Shown: positions 1 to 11,130, counted from the first letter of the stretch. The stretch: 64,000 nt of DNA from Bacteroidales bacterium (GCA_045597845.1 JAZLKZ010000107.1:11374-75373); one strand, 5' to 3'. Notes: generated from the sequence alone by a model not told the origin. Numbers and translations are program-made.

Positions 1-442
1 CAACAAGCTAAAATTACAAAGTTTCTTCACCAAGCGGTCCTCCCATATAATAATCAGGATCATTCGGATCTCCACCACTGTACAGAGGTGGATTGCCACC
101 GTCGTTTGTCTCAAACTGAGAGAGAGCATATCCCTACTCCGTCAAATATTGAAAAACTTCAATTTCCGGAGAGCAATAATCCTTCTTGTTAGTTAATGAA
201 TTAATAATTTTATACATCTTAAACGGAATATTTTACAAATCAAAAGCACAGAACAAACACCAAATTGCAGCACAAAGCACTTATTTATGCGCACTCCGCA
301 TTATTTTCAAAAGCAAAAAAAACAATAAATCTTGGTGCAAAAGTATGAATAATAATTCAATTGGCAAAATCACATTCCCCAAAATACCAACCATTTATTA
401 ACAAAAAGAGAGCAGAACGACCGGCCTTTCAACAAAACATAG

Positions 443-450
443 TATTTTTG
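443..450 (+). promoter_or_regulatory. Candidate Bacteroidetes -7 promoter box (TATTTTTG)
   Basis: Matches the TAnnTTTG consensus and lies about 20 nt upstream of ATG 471. Confidence 0.4.
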
Positions 451-470
451 CAAAACAAAAGGCACGCGCA

Positions 471-1267
471 ATGATTTCTTTCAACAGCATCAGAGGCATC
501 TATTTCAGTCCTACCGGCACTACCTGTGCCGTCACCAAGTTTGATGTACAACAGTTGGCGTTGCGGTGGAGTCTGCCCTACTCGCTCACATCCTACACAC
601 TCCCCGTAGAGCGTGAGCAATGGAAACCAATCTCGGCAAACGAATTAGTGGTATGGGGGACTCCTGTTTATGCAGGACGCATTCCCAACAAGACATTGGA
701 ATTTGTGAAAGAGCACTTGAAATGCAACGGAGCGAAGTTCATCGCCATTGGGGTATATGGCGGACGCAACTACGACGACACCCTTGCGGAGCTGTGTCAA
801 ATTGCCGTAGATGGGGGTCTGACGCCCATCGGAGCCAAAGCCGTGGTGGCGCGGCACACCTTTTCCTCGACCCTCAACATTGGACGACCAAACGAAAAAG
901 ATTTCAATGCGTTGGATAGATTCTGCAATACGTTAAATCCCGAAAGCGTCACCCCTATTCTACCTCCAGGGAATCCATATCCCGAAAAATATTATACACC
1001 CCTGAAAGAGGACGGCACGCCGGCTTTGTTTCTCAAAGCCAAGCCTGCACTCGACAAACAACGGTGCAACAGTTGCGGCATCTGCGTGGAAATCTGTCCA
1101 ATGGTAGCATTACTCCCGAAGCGGAGGGCGTCGCAACAACAGGAGTATGCATAAAATGTCAGGCCTGCATTCAAAAATGCCCCCAGCAAGCACTTTCGTT
1201 CACCGACAAAGCATTTCTCTCACATGTAAGAATGCTTGAGAAAACGTTTGATCGGGAACAGAAATAG
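471..1267 (+). pseudogene. Flavodoxin-like / 2x[4Fe-4S] ferredoxin fusion protein, split by a frameshift near 1100
   Basis: ORF 471-1154 has a flavodoxin-like N-terminus (GIYFSPTGTT) and the first cluster motif CNSCGICVEICP. The second motif CIKCQACIQKCP lies in ORF 1064-1267, in another frame. Changing CCAATGG (1098-1104) to CCAAATGG would join them as ..EICPNGSITPE.. Confidence 0.6.
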
Positions 1268-2132
1268 TCACCCACAACCTTTTACCATTCGCTCTATTTT
1301 GCCTGTGAAAACCATAGAAATCACCGACCTTAACGACCCAAGAGTGGAGATGTTCACACATCTCACCGAGGCGCAGCTGCGCAACAAGCTCGACCCTGAA
1401 CAAGGCATCTTCATCGCCGAAAGTCCGAAAGTAATCAACGTGGCGTTGGACGCAGGAATGGAGCCCGTAGCGCTGCTCACTTCACACAAGAACCTCGACG
1501 GACAGGCGCAGCCCATCGTCGCACGTTGCGGTGACATTCCCATCTACACAGGCGACGACGCCTTGCTTACCGGCATTACAGGCTTTGAGCTCACCCGTGG
1601 CATACTCTGCGCCATGCGTCGAGCAAAGCCCCTGAGCGTACCGGAAGTCTGCGAAGGCAAACACCGCATCGTGATTATCGACAGCGTGGTGAACGCCACC
1701 AATACCGGCGCCATTTTCCGCGCGGCAGCGGCATTGGGAATGGACGGCATTTTGCTTACCCGCACCTGCTGCGATCCACTGAACCGTCGTTCGGTACGCG
1801 TAAGTATGGGCACCGTTTTCCAAATTCCATGGACCTATCTTGGCGAGACCTGCCACGACTGGCCACAGCCCAGAATGGAGCAATTGCACCAACTCGGCTT
1901 TAAGACCGCAGCCATGGCACTGAGCGACAATTCCATCAGCATCGACGACCCAAGATTGCGTTCCACAGACCGCCTCGCCATCATCATGGGAAACGAAGGC
2001 GACGGACTTTCAAACGAGGCGCTTGCCGCCTGCGACTACGTGGTGAAGATACCCATGCAGAATGGCGTGGATTCCCTCAACGTAGCGGGAGCCGCGGCGG
2101 TAGCGTTCTGGGAAATGAGGTCGAAAGAATAG
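1236..2132 (+). CDS. TrmH/SpoU-family RNA 2'-O-methyltransferase
   Basis: C-terminal SpoU motifs are present (IIMGNEGDGLS, VKIPM..GVDSLNVAGAAAVAFWE). The real start is probably downstream of 1267 (TTG 1299, GTG 1305 or ATG 1350), because 1236 overlaps the upstream gene. Confidence 0.8.
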   Translation: MRKRLIGNRNSHPQPFTIRSILPVKTIEITDLNDPRVEMFTHLTEAQLRNKLDPEQGIFIAESPKVINVALDAGMEPVALLTSHKNLDGQAQPIVARCGDIPIYTGDDALLTGITGFELTRGILCAMRRAKPLSVPEVCEGKHRIVIIDSVVNATNTGAIFRAAAALGMDGILLTRTCCDPLNRRSVRVSMGTVFQIPWTYLGETCHDWPQPRMEQLHQLGFKTAAMALSDNSISIDDPRLRSTDRLAIIMGNEGDGLSNEALAACDYVVKIPMQNGVDSLNVAGAAAVAFWEMRSKE

Positions 2133-2155
2133 CGTAGAAACATCGCACAACAGCT

Positions 2156-2611
2156 CTACAAAGGCCTGATGGTAACCATGTTCTGATTAAAGCGATAATC
2201 GTATTTGATGTCAAGGTTGATGCCTTGTACGATTTTCAAGCCAACACCTTCATTCTGTAGCGACGTCGCATTCAGCAATTCCACATCCAATGGATTAAAC
2301 GGTTTTCCGTCATCGTGGATAGAGATGCAGCTTTCGGTAGCGCGTACATCCACATACTTGGCTTGGCCGTGGTTGACGATATTGTTCAGTAGTTCTTCGG
2401 CACAAAGCATCATTCGGTCGGCCTGCGGTTGCGATTGGCTGCACAGAAACTGATACAGGCCTGTCAGGCAGTCTTTCAACGCTCCCTCAGAGGTCTCCAT
2501 AGTGACATCAAAGACTTTTTTTGCATCGCTACGAGGAATGAGGGTCAAAGGAGCCAGATTCTTGTCCTTAGACCTGACAACCGAAGTGAAAATCAGAAGG
2601 GCAGCCGCCAC
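2156..2611 (-). CDS. HATPase_c-like (anti-sigma-factor/histidine-kinase-type) ATP-binding domain protein, possibly the C-terminal part of the upstream MATE gene
   Basis: N-box EELLNNIVNHG, D-box IHDDGKPFNP and G-box GVGLKIV are present. The called start is GTG, and the frame stays open upstream of it across a hydrophobic helix. Confidence 0.55.
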   Translation of the reverse strand: MAAALLIFTSVVRSKDKNLAPLTLIPRSDAKKVFDVTMETSEGALKDCLTGLYQFLCSQSQPQADRMMLCAEELLNNIVNHGQAKYVDVRATESCISIHDDGKPFNPLDVELLNATSLQNEGVGLKIVQGINLDIKYDYRFNQNMVTIRPL

Positions 2612-2634
2612 TATCGCCTGACCGAGGAAAAATC

Positions 2635-3851
2635 CTATCCAGCCGCCTCTAAGGATCCAAAACCCACCATGGGAAGGAGCGTTTGAGCGATAGAAAGGAA
2701 AAGCGCGAGACGATTGTGACCATAAAACTGATAGATAGGCAAAAGATTGTAGAGCAACACCTGCATAACAATGTTCAAGGAAAAGAGCGGCAAGGCTTCG
2801 AGGACAAAGGGCATAGAAGACTCGTTGGCGGCGCCCAAAATCCGAGCGATAGGAGCAGGAAACGCAACGATTAGCACGGCATAGCTTGCCAGACAGATTC
2901 CCAAAAAAGTGTAGGTTCTCTTGAGGAGCAAAGTCATTCCTCTATCGTCGCCCAGACCTTTGAGAATGGCGCCAATAGGCTGGATGGTTCTCAGCGAACC
3001 CGAAAGGATGATCATAGAAAACGACACCAATTGAACACAAACAGCCAAGGCCACAAGGCCACCTTCGCCCAAATAGGTTGAAGCAACATAGTTGCTGCCA
3101 ACCAGTTGAACCGACAGTAGCACCGTACTGAAGAAAACGGGGACACCAATCGTGAGCAGTTTCCGATAGTTGATGTCGCCCCGCTTGAATCTGCAAAGGT
3201 GCAACGAATTTTTTTTCGGAAATGAGGAATCACCATAACGATGCAGACCAGATACATGACAAAAGTCGCCCATGCCGCCCCCGAAATACCCCAGCCAAAC
3301 ACCTTGATAAAGACAATGTCGAAAAGAATATTGATCACATTGCCCACAAAGACGTTACGAGTAACCAGTTTCGGAGCGCCATCGACTGCAAGGAACTGAT
3401 TGAGTGCAAGCATCAGCAACTGAGGGGCTGCCGAAAGAATAGAGACCAAGAGAAAGTCGTTGGTCATCTGACGCAAGGACTCTGAATTGCAAAGCAGCTG
3501 CGATAGTGGGTTGAATGCAGCAATACCCAAAACCATCAAGACTATGCCCAACAATAGCGATGTCACAACCGCAAAAGAGAAGAGCTTGTCCGCCTTGCGT
3601 TTATCGCCCTGTCCGATGGCCATACCCGCCATCATTGTAGCACTGGCAACGTAGAGACAGGAAAAGGAAAAGAAAGCCTGAAGGACGGGTTTGCAAAGAT
3701 TGACGGACGCCAAAGCTTCAGGACCGATTAGGTTGCCTACAATGGCGGCATCAACGATATTGGCAACCTGAGTTGAAGCCACGGTAAGCACAGAAGCAAC
3801 AATATAGCTTTTGAAAGCCTTTCCTACAAGATAAGAATTTCTGCGTTGCAT
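2635..3851 (-). pseudogene. MATE-family efflux transporter, interrupted by a frameshift at an A8 tract
   Basis: ORF 3012-3851 carries the N-terminal MATE helices up to ..VIPHFRKK. ORF 2635-3273 carries the rest from KKNSLHLCRFKRGDINYRKLLTIGVP. The frames switch at the T8/A8 run 3209-3216, and A9 would restore ..HFRKKNSLHL.. Confidence 0.75.
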
Positions 3852-3890
3852 TATATTGTTAATTCCTGATTATCAATATCAACGCCACTT

Positions 3891-4103
3891 CTAAACACCC
3901 AAGCGACAGTGGGTGTCTTGGGTGAACTTTTGAAGCGTTCTGACGGCTTCGGAGTGACGTTTGGCATCCTCATAGTGCTGGACATGCCAAATTTTGATAC
4001 GCTTATAGGCATCCGAAAATTTCTGGAAACGAAGCCAGGCTTCCGAATCCACCTTTATGGCGTCAAGCGCCCAGTCGTAATACACAAAATGAGCGGGATC
4101 CAT
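3891..4103 (-). CDS. Small hypothetical protein with weak resemblance to the YdeI/OmpD-associated C-terminal domain
   Basis: This is a 70-aa ORF. The pattern F..FS..YKRI.IWHV....AKR resembles the OmdA-type helix pair. It may be a truncated remnant. Confidence 0.3.
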   Translation of the reverse strand: MDPAHFVYYDWALDAIKVDSEAWLRFQKFSDAYKRIKIWHVQHYEDAKRHSEAVRTLQKFTQDTHCRLGV

Positions 4104-4149
4104 GTCGGGAGCGTCGCCAAACCCGCTGGAGTCATCTCGTCCAAACGTA

Positions 4150-5574
4150 TCAATCTTCTAAAGCGTTCCACGTTCTGTTCGCACCAGATTCCATGCTTCC
4201 TACGTGGTGTAAACCGCTGGATGGGGCGTCGGAGTCGATAACTTCCTCAATTTCCAGATGCGGTTTCGAGTTCCTTGCCTCGTCAAATTTCGCCTTCATG
4301 GTAGGATTGTTACGCGTAAGTTTCTTGATGGAGAGCGCCTCTGCTTTGTCGTTCGCCAGACGCAAGTTATTCTCGCTTCCAATAAGTGCGTCCTTGATTT
4401 TTTGAAGGTGCTGGATTGACTTATCAATCTCATCAATGGCGGTCTTGAACTTATCACTGGCCAGTCGATAATTCTTGCCAAACTTATCTTGAAAGTCAAG
4501 GAGTTGACTCTCGAAGTTGGTTACATCGATAGACTGACTTTGGGCAATAGCCAACTGTTTTTTGTATTCCAGACTTTTTTTCGACGTCTGCACCAACAAG
4601 GTAATGACAGGGATGAAAAACTGAGGACGGATAACGTACATTTTGTCATACCGATAAGAGACGTCAACTATGCCACCGTTGTACAGCTCGCTATCGGGCT
4701 CCAACATACTGACGAGCACAGCGAACTCACAGCCTTTCTTCTTGCGGTCCTCGTCCAATTTCTTGAAAAAGTCCTCGTTTTTATGCTTGGTAGCCGTAGC
4801 GTCCATTTCGTTCTTCATTTCAAACATGATGGAGACATACTCCACTCCATCTTCAAAGTCACGAAAAATAAAATCCCCCTTGGTACCATCCGCGGCATCG
4901 TTATCCTTCTCAAAATAAGCGCAAGGCATCACAGGGCGCAGCATCTGGTTAAAAAGAGTCGAGCAATGAATTTCCAGCGTTTCGCCGACCATCTTGGTAC
5001 TCATTCGCATCTTCAAATCCTTATAGTAGTCAACTTGTTCCTGCTTCATGCGCAGTTCCTCTTGGTGGTGCTTGATCAGTTCCGCCACATACACCTTAGA
5101 CTTGTTCTTTTCAATTTCCGCATCAGCCCTCAACTGGGCAATTTCAACATCCTTACACTGAATGGCTTGCTGAGCATTACGCTGTTCCTCCATTACGGCC
5201 ATCTTCAACGATGCCTGATTCTGCGCAATGGTAGCATTCAGCGAAGTAATGGCTTGGTCTTTAGCAGCCAAAGCCACTGCCTTTTCAGACTCCTTCTGAT
5301 TCACTATAGACTTTAACTGATCCGACAGTCGGGCAATCTCGGCATCCTTGTTTCCCAGTTCTTGCTCCTTTTTCCCAATAACGGCATCGTATTTCTGTTT
5401 TTCCTTGGCAAACGCCAACTCCTGCTCGGCCTTGTTGCGCAAAGCGATTTCAGAGAGACGACGTTGTATTTCCGACTCAAATTCAGCATTCTTGACTTGA
5501 CTCAAAATAGAGGCATAATCCGCCTCATCAACAGAAAATACACTTCCACATTTAGGACACTTGATTTCTTTCAT
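4150..5574 (-). CDS. DUF2130-family protein (N-terminal zinc ribbon, long coiled coil, C-terminal nuclease-like region)
   Basis: The N-terminus is [20 protein letters not shown], followed by about 200 aa rich in Q/E/K heptads. This is the typical DUF2130 architecture. Confidence 0.65.
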   Translation of the reverse strand: MKEIKCPKCGSVFSVDEADYASILSQVKNAEFESEIQRRLSEIALRNKAEQELAFAKEKQKYDAVIGKKEQELGNKDAEIARLSDQLKSIVNQKESEKAVALAAKDQAITSLNATIAQNQASLKMAVMEEQRNAQQAIQCKDVEIAQLRADAEIEKNKSKVYVAELIKHHQEELRMKQEQVDYYKDLKMRMSTKMVGETLEIHCSTLFNQMLRPVMPCAYFEKDNDAADGTKGDFIFRDFEDGVEYVSIMFEMKNEMDATATKHKNEDFFKKLDEDRKKKGCEFAVLVSMLEPDSELYNGGIVDVSYRYDKMYVIRPQFFIPVITLLVQTSKKSLEYKKQLAIAQSQSIDVTNFESQLLDFQDKFGKNYRLASDKFKTAIDEIDKSIQHLQKIKDALIGSENNLRLANDKAEALSIKKLTRNNPTMKAKFDEARNSKPHLEIEEVIDSDAPSSGLHHVGSMESGANRTWNALED

Positions 5575-5652
5575 AATAAATTATTTGTAAAAACATTAAC
5601 AACAAATCGCGATTCCGCGCCACATTGACGAGCAAACCTCCCGACAACGTCT

Positions 5653-6150
5653 TCAGCAAAGCAAGGATTCGTAATATCTCGCATCGTCCTCGCAGAAACA
5701 GCAGATGACAACAGCACCCTCGAAATCACTTTCGTTGATGGCAGTCAAAGCCACCTTTGCGGCATATTCCTTCGGAAATCCATACACACCACAACTGACG
5801 CAGGGGAACGCGATACTCTTGACCCCATATTTCTTAGCGATAGCCAACGAAGTGGTATAGCACGAAGCCAGCAGCTCGGCAGCCTTTTTCTCGCTATAGT
5901 ATCGATAAATCGGTCCCACGGTATGGATAACATACTTGCAAGGCAAATCATACGCACCCGTAATCTTGCTTTGACCTGTTTTACAGCCATCAAGGGTCAT
6001 GCACTCCTTCAAGAGTCCCGGACCTGCAGCAAGATGGATAGCGCCATCCACGCCACCACCGCCCAAAAGCGAACAATTAGCCGCATTGACAATGGCATCC
6101 ACTTCTAATTTGGTGATGTCGCCTACAATCAACTTGATGTCTTTAGCCAT
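5653..6150 (-). CDS. Macro-domain protein / O-acetyl-ADP-ribose deacetylase
   Basis: Contains [28 protein letters not shown] and a CGVYGFP motif. Confidence 0.9.
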   Translation of the reverse strand: MAKDIKLIVGDITKLEVDAIVNAANCSLLGGGGVDGAIHLAAGPGLLKECMTLDGCKTGQSKITGAYDLPCKYVIHTVGPIYRYYSEKKAAELLASCYTTSLAIAKKYGVKSIAFPCVSCGVYGFPKEYAAKVALTAINESDFEGAVVICCFCEDDARYYESLLC

Positions 6151-6227
6151 AAAAACTTCTCCTTAATATATGGTTCAACAAAAAAAACTGCCAATATAGC
6201 ACAGCACTGACCTTGTTCTAACAGTCG

Positions 6228-7571
6228 TCACTTTCCGATGCAGAAACGACCAAAAATCGAGCCAAGTATTTCATCGGAAGTCACTTGACCCGTGATGGCG
6301 CCAAGATGGTAGAGCGCTTCACGGAGGTCGATAATGATTAGGTCGGCGGGGATGCCTTGCGACATGCTTTCACGCACCTGACTGCAAGCAGAAAGGACTT
6401 GTTTCAAAGCCTCGTAGTGACGCACATTGGTAACCATCTGGGAATTGGCGTCAACGGTAGCACCCTTGACCAAAGAGACAAGCTGTTTTTTCAACTCACA
6501 AAGACCTTCGCCCGACTTGGCACAAATCCCAAACGATTGGAAATTAGAATTCAAGCAAGGATGGGCGAGGTCGGACTTGTTGGCAAGCAAAAGCAAGGTC
6601 TTGCCTTCAAGGGAGACTTGCTTCTCAAAAGCGGCAAGTTCTTCTTCTACATTCCTTTCTCGCGCATCCACCAGATAGAGTATAGTTCGCGCCTTCTGGG
6701 CGGCTTGATAACTGCGCTCAATGCCCACTGACTCGATGGCGTCGTTGCTGTGTCGGATACCGGCAGTATCTATAAAACGGAACATAACACCCTCCAGCGT
6801 AAGCGTATCCTCGATGGTATCGCGGGTGGTGCCAGGAATATCGCTCACAATGGCACGATTATCTTCCAGCAACGCATTGAGCAGCGTAGATTTACCCACA
6901 TTAGGCTTGCCCACAATAGCTACAGGAACACCGTTTTTGATGGCGTTGCCCATCAGGAAGGAATCCACCAATTGCGAGCAGACCAGCATTACCTGATCGA
7001 GCAATGTCCGTAGTTTGCTTCTATCGGCAAACTCGACATCTTCGTCGCTAAAGTCAAGTTCCAATTCCAAGAACGAGGCAAGTTCGACAAACTGGTCGCG
7101 CAAAGATGCCAAAGTTGCAGCGTAGCCGCCACGCAACTGACTCACAGCCAATTGGTGCATTGAAGCGTTAGTCGAAGCGATGAGGTCGGCGACAGCCTCC
7201 GACTGCGAGAGATCCATCTTGCCGTTGAGGAAAGCGCGTTTTGTAAATTCGCCCGGCTCCGCCAACCGTGCGCCAGCATCTATCAACAATTGCAATATGG
7301 TCTGCTGCACATACTGCGAACCATGACAGGCGATTTCCACCACATCTTCGCCCGTATAGGAATGAGGTGCAACGAAATAAGTCAGCACGACTTCATCGAG
7401 CAATGCGCCGTCGGGATTGTTAAAAGCGGTGAATGTGGCATGGCGAGGTTTGAGCGAATCGCAAGCGGCGAATTGCACAACCACAGCAACAGCATCAGGT
7501 CCGGAAACACGAATCAATGCAACACCGCCCACACCGGCAGGAGATGATATGGCAACGACGGTATCGCTCAT
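6228..7571 (-). CDS. mnmE: tRNA modification GTPase MnmE
   Basis: G-domain motifs GKPNVGKSTLLN, DTAG and NKSD are present, with the C-terminal CIGK tetrapeptide. Confidence 0.95.
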   Translation of the reverse strand: MSDTVVAISSPAGVGGVALIRVSGPDAVAVVVQFAACDSLKPRHATFTAFNNPDGALLDEVVLTYFVAPHSYTGEDVVEIACHGSQYVQQTILQLLIDAGARLAEPGEFTKRAFLNGKMDLSQSEAVADLIASTNASMHQLAVSQLRGGYAATLASLRDQFVELASFLELELDFSDEDVEFADRSKLRTLLDQVMLVCSQLVDSFLMGNAIKNGVPVAIVGKPNVGKSTLLNALLEDNRAIVSDIPGTTRDTIEDTLTLEGVMFRFIDTAGIRHSNDAIESVGIERSYQAAQKARTILYLVDARERNVEEELAAFEKQVSLEGKTLLLLANKSDLAHPCLNSNFQSFGICAKSGEGLCELKKQLVSLVKGATVDANSQMVTNVRHYEALKQVLSACSQVRESMSQGIPADLIIIDLREALYHLGAITGQVTSDEILGSIFGRFCIGK

Positions 7572-8062
7572 TCGCCCTGTTTTTCAATCTTATACAAATC
7601 GGGGAACAGTTCCGTCATCTGTTCATCGGAGAGGCCCAAGTCGGTCTTGATTTTCATATGATTTGGGTAGAGCATGAAAAGCGTAAGCACCAACAACATC
7701 AGTAGCATAAATAGCACGCTATTGTGCGAGAGGGTGATAAGCACGCATTCCACCACTACAATGCCCAAGGTGGTGAGGTAGATGTTGGACACCTGCTCGG
7801 AATATTTTGCGAGTTTCGCGTTCAGGTCGTCCATCTGGCGCAATTTAGGCGTAGATTTACGGACAATAAACAGAATGGTGCAAATAGCAAGAACCGACAA
7901 GACACATCCTGCAATCAACATGAAACGAAAACCTTGTTCGTTGATATAAAAACGCCTATTCCAAAGATAATAAAGTGCCAAAGTGGCGACAGAAACCAAC
8001 AACGAACCGTAAAGTCCGAAGTTTGCCGTGCGAGAGATTTTTTTCAAGTAGGTTTTATGCAT
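7568..8062 (-). CDS. Hypothetical membrane protein
   Basis: About four hydrophobic helices are present. ATG 8062 is preferred over 8128, which would overlap the uvrA 3' end. There is a 4-nt overlap with the mnmE start. Confidence 0.5.
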   Translation of the reverse strand: MHKTYLKKISRTANFGLYGSLLVSVATLALYYLWNRRFYINEQGFRFMLIAGCVLSVLAICTILFIVRKSTPKLRQMDDLNAKLAKYSEQVSNIYLTTLGIVVVECVLITLSHNSVLFMLLMLLVLTLFMLYPNHMKIKTDLGLSDEQMTELFPDLYKIEKQGE

Positions 8063-8120
8063 TGAACGATAAATTAAAATTACAATTAAATATTGAAAAC
8101 AAGCAAGATGTATAAGCACC

Positions 8121-11012
8121 TCATTCATTCTTTGCCATTAGAACTTCGCGCAAGAAATTGCCCGTATAAGACGATTCACACAGAACCAGCTTCTCGGGAA
8201 TGCCGGCAAAAACCACATTACCACCCTCGTTGCCACCTTCAGGCCCCATATCAATCACCCAGTCTGCCACCTTGATGATGTCGTGATGGTGCTCGATGAC
8301 CACGATGCTGTGACCTCGTTCAATCAAACTGTTGAAAGCCTTGATAAGCTTCTGGATGTCGTGGAAATGCAAACCCGTTGAAGGTTCGTCGAAGATGAAA
8401 AGCTGAGGCTGAGCCGCTTCACCCTTTACCAAGAAAGAGGCCAACTTGACACGCTGCGCCTCTCCCCCACTCAGCGAGCTGCTGCTCTGACCCAGTTTCA
8501 AGTATCCGAGTCCCACGTCCTGAAGTGGTTGCAGGCGAGAAAGAATACGCAACAAGGTGGAACTACTTTCGGAACGTTTGCCTTCGTTCTGCAAATCTAT
8601 GGCAGCCTGCGTTTCAGAGAAAAACGACAGAGCCTGATCGACCGTCATCTCCAATATATCGCTTACGTTTTTTCCTTGGAACTGCACTTCAAGCGTTTCC
8701 TCCTTAAAGCGCGTGCCATGACACTCTTCACACACCAGATGGACATCTGCCATAAACTGCATCCCGATAGTTACATAGCCCTCGCCTTCGCAATTTTCGC
8801 AACGGCCGCCCTCTGTGTTGAAGGAAAAATAGCCCGCCTTGTAGCCGCGAGCCTTGGCGAGCGGCTGCTGAGCATAAAGGCTGCGAATTTCGTCGTAAGC
8901 CTTCATATAGGTTGCGGGGTTGCTACGCGACGAGCGGCCAATAGGATTCTGGTCTACAAGCTCCACACCTCCGATGCGCGCAAGATCGCCATCCAAACTG
9001 GCACACTTGCCCACATATTCTACATTGCCGTCGAACCGTTTTTCCAGCACATCGTAAAGAACCTGCTTGATCAACGAAGTCTTGCCGCTGCCACTCACTC
9101 CCGTCACCACGGTAAGCACACCCAATGGGATGTCCACCGTAACATGCTTGAGATTATTGCAGAAAGCGTCGTGAATGGTAATTTTGTCCCGCCACAAACG
9201 GCGATGGCCGGGCACGGCGATGAAGCGCTCTCCCGAAAGGTAGTCGAGTGTGAGGGAGGAGTTTGTTTGTTGATTTGAAGGTTGTTTTCCACTCTTATGT
9301 CTCACTTCATCCGGAATTGGACCCTCAAACACCACGGTACCGCCCAAACGACCCGCGCCAGGGCCAATGTCTATCACATAGTCGGCGGCATTGATAATGT
9401 CGGAGTCGTGTTCCACCACGATGACAGTATTCCCAAGGTCGCGCAATTGCTTGAGGACCTTGATGAGGCGGAACGTGTCGCGCGAATGCAAGCCGATGGA
9501 CGGCTCGTCGAGGATATACATGGAACCCACCAACGAGCTTCCCAACGATGTGGCGAGGTTGATGCGCTGAGATTCGCCACCGGAAAGAGTGCTGGACATG
9601 CGGCTGAGGGTCAAATAGCCCAAGCCCACATCCATCAAATATCCTACACGGTTGTTAAGTTCAACAAGCAGACGCTTGGTCGCCTCACGCTCATTGTCGG
9701 TCAGCGAGATATTCTGCAGCCACTCGTAGAACTCCGAGATGGGCATCTGAGAAAGTTCCGTAATGCTCTTGCCCGACACCTTCACATAAGAAGCGTCCTT
9801 TCTAAGACGAGAGCCCTTGCAGTCGGGACAAGTAGTCTTGCCGCGATAGCGTGCCAACATGACACGGTATTGTATCTTATAATTCTGAGATTCAATCCAT
9901 TTAAAGAAGCCGTTGATACCTTCCCAATTGCCATAGCCGTTCCAAAGAATGTCCCGCTGACGGTCGGTCAAGTCGCAATAGGGCGTATGTATCGGAAAAT
10001 CCAACTTGGGCGAAAGTCGTATGAAATGCGTCTTCCACTCCTGCATCTTCTCTCCTTTCCAGCAAGCCACAGCGCCTTCGTAGATTGATAAAGTCTTGTT
10101 GGGCACCACAATATCCTCGTCAATGCCAATAACATTGCCATTGCCTTGACAGGTTTCGCAAGCACCGTAAGGATTATTGAAACTGAAAAAGTTAGGATTT
10201 GGTTTTTCAAAAGTGATTCCATCAGCTTCGAATCGGTTAGAAAAGTTGTGAAGTGTAATGGAATCCGACACTTCTACACCGACTACGCAACTGCCACGAC
10301 CCTCGAAAAAGGCCGTTTGCACATCCTCGCTCACGCGAGACAAAAGGTCGTCGTCGCCAGCACGCACCGAAATACGGTCCACCAACAGCAACACTTCTTT
10401 GAGACCATCAATGGCGTTCGTTTCCAAGCAATCGTCGATTTTGAGGATCGTACCCGCCTCCGAGACCCGCACAAAGCCCTCCTGACGTAGCATCTGCAGC
10501 TGGCCTCGCAAATCCCTGTCCTCGCAGGCTTCGAGCGGAGCATAAATATAAACACGCGTATCCTCCGGCAGCGCCATGACAAAATCCACCACATCGCTCA
10601 CGCTGTGACGCTTGACCTCCACGCCCGAGATGGGAGAAAAGGTACGACCAATGCGACCAAACAAAAGTTTCAGATACTCGTAAATCTCCGTCGAAGTGCC
10701 CACCGTGGAGCGAGGGTTGCTGGTATTCACCTTTTGCTCTATCGCCACGGCGGGAGAAATGCCACGAATCCAATCAACTTCGGGTTTGCTCATTCGGCCC
10801 AGGAACTGACGCGCATAAGAAGAAAGACTCTCCACATAACGCCGCTGACCTTCCGCATAAAGCGTATCGAAGGCCAGACTCGACTTACCGCTTCCACTTA
10901 CGCCAGTGATAACCACCAACTTATTGCATGGAATGGATACATCGATGTTCTTGAGGTTGTTCACCCTGGCACCCTTAATTTCTATCACCGATTTAGAACC
11001 TTGTTCCATCAT
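8121..11012 (-). CDS. uvrA: Excinuclease ABC subunit A
   Basis: Two ABC ATPase modules (GVSGSGKSSLAF, GVSGSGKTSL), LSGGE signatures and zinc-finger Cys clusters are present. Confidence 0.97.
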   Translation of the reverse strand: MMEQGSKSVIEIKGARVNNLKNIDVSIPCNKLVVITGVSGSGKSSLAFDTLYAEGQRRYVESLSSYARQFLGRMSKPEVDWIRGISPAVAIEQKVNTSNPRSTVGTSTEIYEYLKLLFGRIGRTFSPISGVEVKRHSVSDVVDFVMALPEDTRVYIYAPLEACEDRDLRGQLQMLRQEGFVRVSEAGTILKIDDCLETNAIDGLKEVLLLVDRISVRAGDDDLLSRVSEDVQTAFFEGRGSCVVGVEVSDSITLHNFSNRFEADGITFEKPNPNFFSFNNPYGACETCQGNGNVIGIDEDIVVPNKTLSIYEGAVACWKGEKMQEWKTHFIRLSPKLDFPIHTPYCDLTDRQRDILWNGYGNWEGINGFFKWIESQNYKIQYRVMLARYRGKTTCPDCKGSRLRKDASYVKVSGKSITELSQMPISEFYEWLQNISLTDNEREATKRLLVELNNRVGYLMDVGLGYLTLSRMSSTLSGGESQRINLATSLGSSLVGSMYILDEPSIGLHSRDTFRLIKVLKQLRDLGNTVIVVEHDSDIINAADYVIDIGPGAGRLGGTVVFEGPIPDEVRHKSGKQPSNQQTNSSLTLDYLSGERFIAVPGHRRLWRDKITIHDAFCNNLKHVTVDIPLGVLTVVTGVSGSGKTSLIKQVLYDVLEKRFDGNVEYVGKCASLDGDLARIGGVELVDQNPIGRSSRSNPATYMKAYDEIRSLYAQQPLAKARGYKAGYFSFNTEGGRCENCEGEGYVTIGMQFMADVHLVCEECHGTRFKEETLEVQFQGKNVSDILEMTVDQALSFFSETQAAIDLQNEGKRSESSSTLLRILSRLQPLQDVGLGYLKLGQSSSSLSGGEAQRVKLASFLVKGEAAQPQLFIFDEPSTGLHFHDIQKLIKAFNSLIERGHSIVVIEHHHDIIKVADWVIDMGPEGGNEGGNVVFAGIPEKLVLCESSYTGNFLREVLMAKNE

Positions 11013-11130
11013 TTAACGTTAACGCACAAAAGTCGGAAAAATTGCACGAAGCACCCGTATGCCATCAAGAAAAAGCAAAAACAGATTCAACTTTGCGGTT
11101 AAATCTGTTTTTGTTTGATTTTCAAATCTG

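Noticed and set aside
186-401. A 71-aa plus-strand ORF with a TTG start in the first intergenic region.
   Set aside because: It is AT-rich and low-complexity (K/N/I-rich) with no motif. It lies in what looks like a divergent promoter region.
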